The notes beneath the pieces were generated by a model. That model did no database searches, was not told the DNA's origin, and worked only from the letters and a program-made list of their open reading frames with translations. This document shows, in pieces, positions 20,569 through 28,886 of a stretch of 64,000 nucleotides of DNA (its first letter is position 1; each line of letters starts with the position of its first letter). Origin of the DNA: Bacteroidales bacterium (GTDB lineage: Bacteria > Bacteroidota > Bacteroidia > Bacteroidales > WCHB1-69); NCBI GenBank assembly GCA_017651425.1, contig JAGCCZ010000031.1:14966-78965 (forward strand). The letters are read 5' to 3'. Made by a program: the position numbers and the translations under genes.

Positions 20569-21720
20569 TTATAATGTCTTGAGTATATTGCGGATATGCG
20601 GTTCATAAATCATCAGCACCACAATATCGGGATTCACTTGGCGGATAATGTCATAATTGGCACCGTATTTCCATGCATCGAATATGAAGAGCGATTCATG
20701 GAAATATGGCGTGACAAAGGGAATGATATTGTTGCAATAGGAGTCGCGGATGAACAGAATCTTCGGATGGTTGGTGCGGTTGGTGCGGAATTGTTTCTCA
20801 TATTCATGCGGATAGACAAACCTTTCAGTTGGAATGAAGTCCTGTACGGTGTCTTCTACTGAAGCAAAATCAACGGTATCTGTGTAAACAACAGCATATT
20901 CCCAATCTTTTTGGTATTTTGGGGAATTTCCACGTATGGATATCCAGGAGTACAGGTTCCCGTCACTACGGATGTAAGGGATGAGGGTGAAATCCTGTTT
21001 TATAGAAAATGGCAGCAAGGGAAAGTCTTTGGAGAGGGTCTCCATGATTTTTTCAGCTCCATACGAAGCGCCAAGCGAATTCCAATGATTGTCGTTCTTG
21101 CGATACAGTAGCGTATCCCCTTTATGTTTGAGGAGGGTGGATTTGAGGTAGGCGAGCGGGATCTTCGGCGCACGCTCGTGCATCACCCGGCAGAATTTCT
21201 CGGTAGCCGTCTCCGAGGTCCGTTGCAAACAAGGAGGCAGGTATTCCGAATAAATCTCATACGAAGTTGGGGCGAGGAATATGTAGTAACGGATGCCCAT
21301 CTTCTGAAGAGTTTCAAAACGTCGGGCCAGCTCGTCCGCCACAAGGCCCATCTGCTCCTCTGTAAACACAAGGGTTCCCTCATAGAGCTCTTTCTCTTCC
21401 TTGCCACAAAACAAGAAATCATCTTCCCCGATGATTACGGCGGGTGTAGGCGACTGGTGATTGTATTGGGAATAAAGGAAATAGGCATCTAAAAATTTGT
21501 CTCTGAAAGGAAAATGGTCATTGAAGTAGAGATCGAACTGGGCAGGGAATTTGTCCAACTGAGCAGGGTTCGGTGATGGAAAAGCAACCAAGGTCCTGTT
21601 CTCCCGTTGGCTTTTGGTCGACTGATTGCGATGGCACACCAGATGAAAGGCCGGAAATGCCAGCATGCATACGAACAGGATGACGGTGAGGATAATATAG
21701 GGATTCTGGCGCTCTTTCAT
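20569..21720 (-). CDS. AlgJ/AlgX/DHHW-type O-acetyltransferase (SGNH-like)
   Basis: N-terminal anchor, ENRTL, YFNDHFPFRD, DNHWN (DxH) and late RDSY (permuted GDS); follows an MBOAT gene. Start MKERQ at 21720. Confidence 0.75.
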   Translation of the reverse strand: MKERQNPYIILTVILFVCMLAFPAFHLVCHRNQSTKSQRENRTLVAFPSPNPAQLDKFPAQFDLYFNDHFPFRDKFLDAYFLYSQYNHQSPTPAVIIGEDDFLFCGKEEKELYEGTLVFTEEQMGLVADELARRFETLQKMGIRYYIFLAPTSYEIYSEYLPPCLQRTSETATEKFCRVMHERAPKIPLAYLKSTLLKHKGDTLLYRKNDNHWNSLGASYGAEKIMETLSKDFPLLPFSIKQDFTLIPYIRSDGNLYSWISIRGNSPKYQKDWEYAVVYTDTVDFASVEDTVQDFIPTERFVYPHEYEKQFRTNRTNHPKILFIRDSYCNNIIPFVTPYFHESLFIFDAWKYGANYDIIRQVNPDIVVLMIYEPHIRNILKTL

Positions 21721-21722
21721 GG

Positions 21723-23156
21723 TTAGAATCGGAAATAGATGAAGGGATTGTAACTGCCGGCGACTAAAAAGCTGCTTACCGTCAGCAACAGGATGGCGAT
21801 GGCGGCGATGGTGCCGATGTGCTGCAGGTGCCATAGCGGTTTGTTGCCTCTAACGATGGCTGTCTGAAGGGCTTCATGGCAGCGGACGAACAGCGGGGTG
21901 CAGCCGGCCACGCCTATGATGGCAAACAGGATGAACGAAGGCTGGAAGTATTGCTGCAGGAACAGGCCGCTGCCGGAGCCGCTAACGAAGACGAACATCT
22001 GCCGCACATAGTGCAAAGCGTATATTATTCCGTCGGCACGGAAGATGACTAATGCGATGACCACCACCAGCAGCGCGTACAGATGTTGCACAGGCTTGAA
22101 AAACTTGCCTATAACGCGGTCAAAGCCGATGCGCTCCAGCACCATGAAGGAACCATGAAGAAGGCCCCAAACCACAAAATTCCAGCTGGCCCCGTGCCAA
22201 AGGCCCGTGAGGAAGAAAACGATGTAGAGATTGAGGAAGGTGCGTTTCTCGCCCTTGCGGTTCCCACCCAACGGGATGTATAGGTAATCTTTGAGCCAGG
22301 CCGAAAGGGTGATGTGCCAGCGTCGCCAGAATTCGCGGATGGAAGTGGCGAGATATGGGAAGTTGAAGTTCTCGGGGAATCGGAACCCGAACATACGTCC
22401 CAATCCGATGGCCATGTCGGAATAGCCGGCGAAATCGTGGTAGATTTGCAGCGAGTAGCAAAGGGCACCGATCCAAAGTGCCCACCATGGCATGGTTTCC
22501 GGTGCACGCACGAAGATGTCGTCAACAATGATGGCCATTTGGTTTGCGATGAAAACCTTACGTGCCAACCCAATGCAGAAGCGGCGAATGCCCTCATACA
22601 TGTTCCCGAAGCTGAAATCACGATTTGAGAGTTGCGGCTCGATTTCATGGTAGCGGATAATGGGCCCGGCTATAAGTTGCGGAAACAGGGCGATGTAGGT
22701 GCCTAATTTGATGATGTTAGTCTGCGCCCGCACCTGACCCCGATATACGTCCACCAAATAAGAGATGCTCTGGAAAGTGTAGAAGGAGATGCCGATAGGC
22801 AATACTATGTTCTGCAGAGTGATTGGCGACATGCCAAACACGCCACCCAAGATGTTGAAATTGTCCACTATAAAGTTGGCGTATTTGAAAAATGCCAGTG
22901 CGGACAAATCTAAGATGACGGCTAACACTAACCAGAAGGTCCGCCGATGTCGTCGCGCGATGAGCAGACCGCAAATGTAGTTTACCAAAATGGATACAAG
23001 GAGAATCAGCGTGTAGCTGACACCGCCCCAAGCATAAAAGAGGATGCTGGCGATGAACAAAAGTGTGTTCTGATAGGGCACTCGCCGACATAATGCCAAC
23101 AAGCATACAACAATGGGAAGGAATAGGAATAAGAAGGTCAGCGAGCTGAAAACCAT
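21723..23156 (-). CDS. MBOAT family O-acyltransferase (AlgI/PatA/DltB-like)
   Basis: LPIGISFYTFQ, FPQLIAGPI, DFAGYSDMAIG, FWRRWHITLS, GLWHGA. Confidence 0.93.
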   Translation of the reverse strand: MVFSSLTFLFLFLPIVVCLLALCRRVPYQNTLLFIASILFYAWGGVSYTLILLVSILVNYICGLLIARRHRRTFWLVLAVILDLSALAFFKYANFIVDNFNILGGVFGMSPITLQNIVLPIGISFYTFQSISYLVDVYRGQVRAQTNIIKLGTYIALFPQLIAGPIIRYHEIEPQLSNRDFSFGNMYEGIRRFCIGLARKVFIANQMAIIVDDIFVRAPETMPWWALWIGALCYSLQIYHDFAGYSDMAIGLGRMFGFRFPENFNFPYLATSIREFWRRWHITLSAWLKDYLYIPLGGNRKGEKRTFLNLYIVFFLTGLWHGASWNFVVWGLLHGSFMVLERIGFDRVIGKFFKPVQHLYALLVVVIALVIFRADGIIYALHYVRQMFVFVSGSGSGLFLQQYFQPSFILFAIIGVAGCTPLFVRCHEALQTAIVRGNKPLWHLQHIGTIAAIAILLLTVSSFLVAGSYNPFIYFRF

Positions 23157-23186
23157 GTTCCTGCAAGGTTGTGGGATCGGGGCCGA

Positions 23187-24239
23187 CTATCGTCCCTCGT
23201 ACATCTTCCTGTAGTACTCCACGTATGCGCCAGAGGTGACATGTTCCAGCCACTCCTCATGCGAGAGATACCAATCCACGGTTTTTTCGAAACCCTCGTC
23301 AAATTTCACCTTCGGGCTCCAGCCCAGCTCGTTTTTGATCTTGGTCGGGTCGATGGCGTAGCGAAGGTCGTGGCCCGCGCGGTCGGCAACGTAGGTGATG
23401 AGCGACAGCGAGGCACCTTCGGGACGGCCCAACTTGCGGTCCATGATCTCAATCAGCTTCTTGATGAGGTCGATGTTGCGCCACTCGTTGTTGCCGCCGA
23501 TGTTGTAGGTGGAACCGGGCTGTGCCTTGTGGAAAATGAGGTCGATGGCCTCGGCATGGTCCTCCACATAGAGCCAGTCGCGCACATTGATGCCTTTTCC
23601 ATAGACTGGCAGCGGCTTGTTGTTCTTGATGTTATGAATAAAGAGGGGGATCAGTTTTTCAGGAAACTGGTTGGGGCCATAGTTGTTGGAACAATTGGAA
23701 ATCACGGTGGGCAGGCCGTAAGTGTCGTGGTAGGCGCGCACAAAGTGGTCGGCGCTGGCCTTGGCGGCGGAATAGGGGCTGTGCGGATTGTACGGGGTAG
23801 TCTCCGTAAAACTGCCTGTATCGCCCAGAGCGCCATAGACCTCGTCGGTGGAAATCTGGTAGAACTTCTTGCCCTCGAAACTGCCTTGCCAAATGTTCTT
23901 GGCGGCATTGAGCAAATGCACGGTGCCCAACACGTTGGTGTGGATGAAACTCATCGGGTCGGTGATGGAGCGGTCCACATGCGACTCGGCGGCCAAATGG
24001 ATGACACCGTCAAATTGATATTCTTCAAAGAGCTTTTGAACAAACTCCTGGTCTTCGATGTCGCCCTTGATGAAATGGTAGTTGGGCATACTGTCCACAT
24101 CGGTCAAGTTCTCAAGATTGCCGGCGTAGGTCAGCTTGTCAAGATTGTAAATTTCATAATCAGGATATTTGTTGACAAAAAGTCTCACAACATGAGAGCC
24201 TATAAAACCGGCACCGCCAGTGATCAGAATTTTCTTCAT
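23187..24239 (-). CDS. rfbB: dTDP-glucose 4,6-dehydratase
   Basis: GGAGFIGS, HLAAESHVDRS, STDEVYG, SPYSAAK, NNYGPNQFPEKLIP. Confidence 0.95.
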   Translation of the reverse strand: MKKILITGGAGFIGSHVVRLFVNKYPDYEIYNLDKLTYAGNLENLTDVDSMPNYHFIKGDIEDQEFVQKLFEEYQFDGVIHLAAESHVDRSITDPMSFIHTNVLGTVHLLNAAKNIWQGSFEGKKFYQISTDEVYGALGDTGSFTETTPYNPHSPYSAAKASADHFVRAYHDTYGLPTVISNCSNNYGPNQFPEKLIPLFIHNIKNNKPLPVYGKGINVRDWLYVEDHAEAIDLIFHKAQPGSTYNIGGNNEWRNIDLIKKLIEIMDRKLGRPEGASLSLITYVADRAGHDLRYAIDPTKIKNELGWSPKVKFDEGFEKTVDWYLSHEEWLEHVTSGAYVEYYRKMYEGR

Positions 24240-24361
24240 AAGAATTCAAGATAATAGTAAAGTGGGCGCAAAAATACAAAAATATAGGATAAGGGGACAT
24301 GGAGTTTATATGACTATTTTTTATAATTTTGCAGCTTCTTGTGTACTATACGAACCCAACA

Positions 24362-25867
24362 ATGAAACGAAAACATATCCTGCTTCTGTTGTTTGTCTGT
24401 CTGATGACGACATATTCCTGCCATGACAAGCTTTTTGACTTTGACATCCAGCACATTGAGGCCGATGGGGATTGGGGAATACCGCTGTTCAACGGTTCCT
24501 TTTCCGTAGGCGAGCTCCTTGACCGTTTGGACAGTGTGAGATATCTGCAGGTCGGCGAGGATGGGACATTGCTATTCCGTGTTGACGAAGAGATCAAAAA
24601 TGTCGTCTCCTTAAAGGACATGCTGCATATTGGCGACCAGACCATTGACAAAACGAGCGCATTCAAGGTCCCGCACCTGCCGGATTTTGGCATTTCCGGC
24701 GCCACCCGGTTCAGTTTGAACACACAGGATTTTTTCCTGAAGAGGGTGGAAGTCAAAACCGGCACCCTGTCCCTGTATTTCAACATTGAAGAATCCTTCC
24801 CCTATTCCGCAGAACTTTCTTCGGAAAACATCCTTGACGGGCAGGGCAATCCCATCGTTTTGCACTTGAGCGACCTCCAACAACAGCAAATCATCGATTT
24901 GAGCAATTGTATTATGGAAACCGATGCCGCCGGCTTTGTCAGCTTCTCCGCAAGCGTCTTGGTCGGTAACTCAATCCCACTGGACACCATCCATTACAGT
25001 TGCCATGTGGAGACAAGGAATATCACGATCAAAAACGTGGTGGGCATGTTCAGGGCGATTCCCTTCGCACTTGACGAGTCCGCACCTATCGACATCCCGC
25101 AAGATCTCATCCAATTGGATCAGGTCGGCGTGAACAACATTCATTTGAGACTGTTCAGCAGAAACAATCTGTGTGCCATCAACGGGATTTTAGACGAATT
25201 GTCATTTGTGAGAGCCAACGGGACCATAGCGCCGCTACTCCCCGCCCATATCCCGTTCAATTCTCCTTTATCTTCCGAGTACATCTTGGCAGCGGAGACT
25301 CATATTCCTTCCGTCTCCTTCACATCTGACGTGGACTCTTTGCGCCTCAAATGTCATCTGACCCTCAACCCCAATGGCTTTAGTGCAGGAGACATTTCCA
25401 TAAATGAAAACACCGCTTTGGATCTCAAAATCAATGCGGAGATCCCCACCAACATATCCATTGACAATGCCATCTTCAAGGACACCATGGACAACGCCTT
25501 GCACCATTTGGCTGACACCCTCGATTTCGTCACCATCGAAAGCCTTCTGTTGCGAATTGCTTTCACAAACGCGCTTCCCGTGGATTTAATCCCGTACATC
25601 GCTTTTTATAACAGCGAAACCGGCGAGGTTTATGTGCCCGACTTGAACGGTTTGCAGATCCATGGCTCATACGATGGTCAGCCAGTCGTGCAACAAGCAT
25701 ACTATGTGGAGATTCGGAAAGAAAACATCGCGACCATAAGCGCCGCGGACAAGATGATTTTGAAATTCACGGCCAACACCCAAGGTCATGGTGTCACAGT
25801 GAACTTCTCTCAATTCATCAAAGCCAACATTGGTGCCCGTATCAAATATTCATCCTTTAATTTGTAG
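24362..25867 (+). CDS. Hypothetical beta-rich outer-membrane lipoprotein
   Basis: Lipobox TTYSC after ATG at 24362; no recognised catalytic motif; 6 bp upstream of the next gene. Confidence 0.75.
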   Translation: MKRKHILLLLFVCLMTTYSCHDKLFDFDIQHIEADGDWGIPLFNGSFSVGELLDRLDSVRYLQVGEDGTLLFRVDEEIKNVVSLKDMLHIGDQTIDKTSAFKVPHLPDFGISGATRFSLNTQDFFLKRVEVKTGTLSLYFNIEESFPYSAELSSENILDGQGNPIVLHLSDLQQQQIIDLSNCIMETDAAGFVSFSASVLVGNSIPLDTIHYSCHVETRNITIKNVVGMFRAIPFALDESAPIDIPQDLIQLDQVGVNNIHLRLFSRNNLCAINGILDELSFVRANGTIAPLLPAHIPFNSPLSSEYILAAETHIPSVSFTSDVDSLRLKCHLTLNPNGFSAGDISINENTALDLKINAEIPTNISIDNAIFKDTMDNALHHLADTLDFVTIESLLLRIAFTNALPVDLIPYIAFYNSETGEVYVPDLNGLQIHGSYDGQPVVQQAYYVEIRKENIATISAADKMILKFTANTQGHGVTVNFSQFIKANIGARIKYSSFNL

Positions 25868-25873
25868 CGTGTC

Positions 25874-27307
25874 ATGAAAAGAACACTTACCCTTATCTTG
25901 TTCCTTTCACTGTTTGCGACGGTTTCCGCGCAAGATGGAGCCACCCTGCATTTTATGCGGATGAACCCTTACTCGACCAACTACAATCCATCGACATTCA
26001 TTCCCTATAGATATTATGTGGGCATGATCGGCATTGGCAACGTGAACGTGGCCGCCTCCAACACGGGCTTTCATTATAACACGCTGTTCGGGAAAAACGC
26101 CGGGAGTCCCATCACCACGATTTATCTGAATGATTTTGTCAACCATTTGGCTCGAAAAGGCAATACCTTGAACACAAGTGTCGCCTTAAGCCTTGTTGAT
26201 TTCGGCTTCACGACAAAAAAAATTCGCTTTGCCTTCAGCTATAAAGTTCGGTTTGACGAGAACTTTCTGTACAACCAGGACCTGTTCGCATTTCCCGTTT
26301 ATGGAAACATGCACTTTGCAGGCGAGGAGAACGCCGCCCATCCAGACCTGTATGTGGGCCTGAACGCCTATCACGAGATTGGCCTGGGCATGCAAACCGA
26401 GCTGACGCCCCGGCTTTACCTTGGCGTGAAACCAAAATTGCTGTTCGGGTTGGCAAACGTGCGGGTCAAAGATGCTTCTGCCACCATCATCACCGATCCT
26501 GACGACTACAGCATGTCCCTCTGCTACAATTTGGACGCTTCCGCGATGTGCGCCATCCCCTACTCCATCGATTCCGCATTCAACGGTGAATTCAACCCTG
26601 GCTCATTCAAAGCCGCCGATGCCTTCAAAAATGTCGGGGCCGCCTTGGACTTGGGTCTGACATACAGGATTAACGACCAGTTCGGGATCGCGGCATCCCT
26701 CTTGGATCTGGGCTTCATTCGCTGGAAAACGAATGGCAACCGCTTCCAAAGCGCCCTGCAGGATGCGGGCACCTACTACAACGACGGCAGCTTCCTGTTC
26801 TCCGGACTCTCCACGGAGGATGTCGAAAGGATCATCAACGACCCGGAGAGCTTCAAGGAGGAGTTACTCACCTACTTCCCGCTTCATCACGAAGGAGTGG
26901 ACCACTACACCACCGCCTTGAACGGACGTTTCATGGTGGAGGGGTATGCCAACGTGGGCCAATGCCATCGCTTCTCCGCGCTGTTTCAAGGCCGTATAGT
27001 CCATAATAAGTTCCTGCCCTCGTTCACAGTGGCATGGAACGGTAATTTCTGGAAAGTTCTGGATGTATGTGCCACCTATACCATGGCGAAAAAAAGCTAT
27101 GCCAACATAGGGCTGGGACTTGGCGTCAACATGGCCGTGGTGCAACTGTACATAGCCACGGACAACATCCTGTCTTTCATCAACTCAAAAAGCATTCAAC
27201 GTTCCCTGCTGAACACGCCCAACGCCAACGTACAGTTAGGCCTTGTCTTCAACTGGGGCAAGCTGCAGGAGAAGGAGCTCCGAGCCCGCCAGGCGGCGAA
27301 AAATTAG
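25874..27307 (+). CDS. DUF5723-like outer-membrane beta-barrel protein
   Basis: Signal peptide, GAALDLGLTY, ASLLDLGFIRWK, QLYIATDNI motifs recalled from DUF5723 proteins. Confidence 0.7.
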   Translation: MKRTLTLILFLSLFATVSAQDGATLHFMRMNPYSTNYNPSTFIPYRYYVGMIGIGNVNVAASNTGFHYNTLFGKNAGSPITTIYLNDFVNHLARKGNTLNTSVALSLVDFGFTTKKIRFAFSYKVRFDENFLYNQDLFAFPVYGNMHFAGEENAAHPDLYVGLNAYHEIGLGMQTELTPRLYLGVKPKLLFGLANVRVKDASATIITDPDDYSMSLCYNLDASAMCAIPYSIDSAFNGEFNPGSFKAADAFKNVGAALDLGLTYRINDQFGIAASLLDLGFIRWKTNGNRFQSALQDAGTYYNDGSFLFSGLSTEDVERIINDPESFKEELLTYFPLHHEGVDHYTTALNGRFMVEGYANVGQCHRFSALFQGRIVHNKFLPSFTVAWNGNFWKVLDVCATYTMAKKSYANIGLGLGVNMAVVQLYIATDNILSFINSKSIQRSLLNTPNANVQLGLVFNWGKLQEKELRARQAAKN

Positions 27308-27311
27308 TAAA

Positions 27312-27420
27312 GAGTGATCAGTGAGCAGTGATCAGTGATCAGAGGGTGGATGGGCAACGGAGTGCGTTGCGGAGGTTCTGTGCGACCGGTCATCCCCGTT
27401 AGGGGATACATATCTGTAGC
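27312..27420 (+). repeat. REP-like module A: heptamer array, ATCCCC-gtta-GGGGAT hairpin and GTAG
   Basis: 27341-27420 is the reverse complement, with few mismatches, of 59563-59641. Confidence 0.85.
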
Positions 27421-27424
27421 TGGG

Positions 27425-27661
27425 CAGTGAGCAGTGAAGAGTGATCAGTGATCAGAAGTTGGGGGATGGCGCGGGCATGGTATGCGTGGTGCAGGCCGTA
27501 GGTCTGCAGGGCTCGGTAGCAACGGCGGCACACAAGCACACACGCACGCCGTAGGTGTGCGGGCGCGGGTCAGGCTCCCGCGGACCACACGGATCCGCGC
27601 GGAAGATGTCCCCTGTGGGAATCTTCGGCGGTGGCGGATTTTATGTGCGGGTGGCACGCAT
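27425..27661 (+). repeat. Left arm of a ~237-bp imperfect inverted repeat (module B: heptamer array and two GTA-loop hairpins)
   Basis: Ungapped alignment to the reverse complement of 28629-28865. Confidence 0.9.
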
Positions 27662-27687
27662 TGGTGATTTTTGATGGGATAATAGTG

Positions 27688-28467
27688 CTAAAAATCTGCT
27701 GTTATAGGGTGTGAAATCATGTGAGGCTGATTATTCAAAAGAATTTGCTTAAGTCTTATTCTTGGCAATTGTCTTCCTTTTCCTTTCTCATTTGCCAAAT
27801 AAGTTCTCCAAAAGTTGTCGCCTCCAATCAAATCAGGTTGTAAAACATGTAAGGATGAAATACAATCTTCAAAATGGCATTTTTCGCTCAGGGGAACATT
27901 TGCATATCCAACAGTTATCCCGTATGACACATGAAACCATTTCCACGCAAGTCCATTACTAATCCCGTCATACACAATGGTATCTATTTTTACAGTTGAG
28001 AGGGTATCAAGAAGCTTAAATCTCGTATTTCCAAGCCATTGCCCACTTTCATTGAAAATGCGGTTTTTTCTTTGTAATTGATAAACAGGGAAAGAAACGC
28101 CCGTTGAATCTACGACTAGATAACTTGCGACATACTGAGCAGTGTCTGTATTAACCATTTTGTAAGCTTGTTCACCGTACTTTTCTAACATGTTGTTTAT
28201 TAGGAACTGCCACCACCCATTAAAAGAATTATCCGCATATTCTATGAACAAGTATGAGGTTATGGAATCCCGGTTGTATTCAAAAATATAACATAGATCA
28301 GAACCGCCAAGCAAATACGACACTTGTCTCGTGTATGGAATATTCATACAATACCCTACCCTGTCTGTCCCCGGTTTATAGCAAATCGTAACATAATCCT
28401 GTGATTTGCAACCACATAAAACCAAGGCAAGCAAGGTAAGGAAGGTCGTAAGGGGAATGATTTTCAT
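27688..28467 (-). CDS. AT-rich orphan lipoprotein
   Basis: Start MKIIPLTTFLTLLALVLCGC (lipobox) at 28467; own TATCTTTG promoter at 28489-28496; visibly more AT-rich than neighbours. Confidence 0.7.
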   Translation of the reverse strand: MKIIPLTTFLTLLALVLCGCKSQDYVTICYKPGTDRVGYCMNIPYTRQVSYLLGGSDLCYIFEYNRDSITSYLFIEYADNSFNGWWQFLINNMLEKYGEQAYKMVNTDTAQYVASYLVVDSTGVSFPVYQLQRKNRIFNESGQWLGNTRFKLLDTLSTVKIDTIVYDGISNGLAWKWFHVSYGITVGYANVPLSEKCHFEDCISSLHVLQPDLIGGDNFWRTYLANEKGKGRQLPRIRLKQILLNNQPHMISHPITADF

Positions 28468-28628
28468 GGTCCTGATGATTTGTTGCGGCAAAGATAGAAT
28501 TTTTTTTACAGTCGGCCTGTTTTTCCCAAAAAAACCGGGAATAAGTTCAACGAGGAAAGTTATGAAAGCGGGCACAAAATTCTATGAATCAACCAAAGAT
28601 AATTTTTCGCATTTTTGCCACGTAAAAG

Positions 28629-28865
28629 ATGAGACCGAACCGAACATATAGCCCATCAATTCCACAGTTTCTCGCAGGTGACATTTTCTTTGCGAATTCG
28701 TGTGGCCTGCGGAATCCCGACCCGCGCCCGCACACCTACGGCGTGCGCGTGGGCTTGTGTGCCGCCTTTGCTACCGACACCTGCAGACCTACGGCCTGCA
28801 CCACACACACCATGCCATCGCCATCCCCCAACTTCTGATCACTGATCACTCTTCACTGATCACTG
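28629..28865 (-). repeat. Right arm of the ~237-bp imperfect inverted repeat (module B)
   Basis: Reverse complement of 27425-27661; heptamer end lies 21 bp past the nfnAB stop. Confidence 0.9.
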
Positions 28866-28886
28866 GACTCACAACCACCGCCAAAT

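Noticed and set aside
28629-28838. 69-aa ORF spanning the right repeat arm
   Set aside because: The left arm has a stop at codon 7 and the differences are not mainly synonymous, so it is probably non-coding.
27425-28865. Diversity-generating retroelement TR/VR pair
   Set aside because: Mismatches are not confined to adenines, neither copy lies in a gene's 3' end, and no reverse transcriptase is present.
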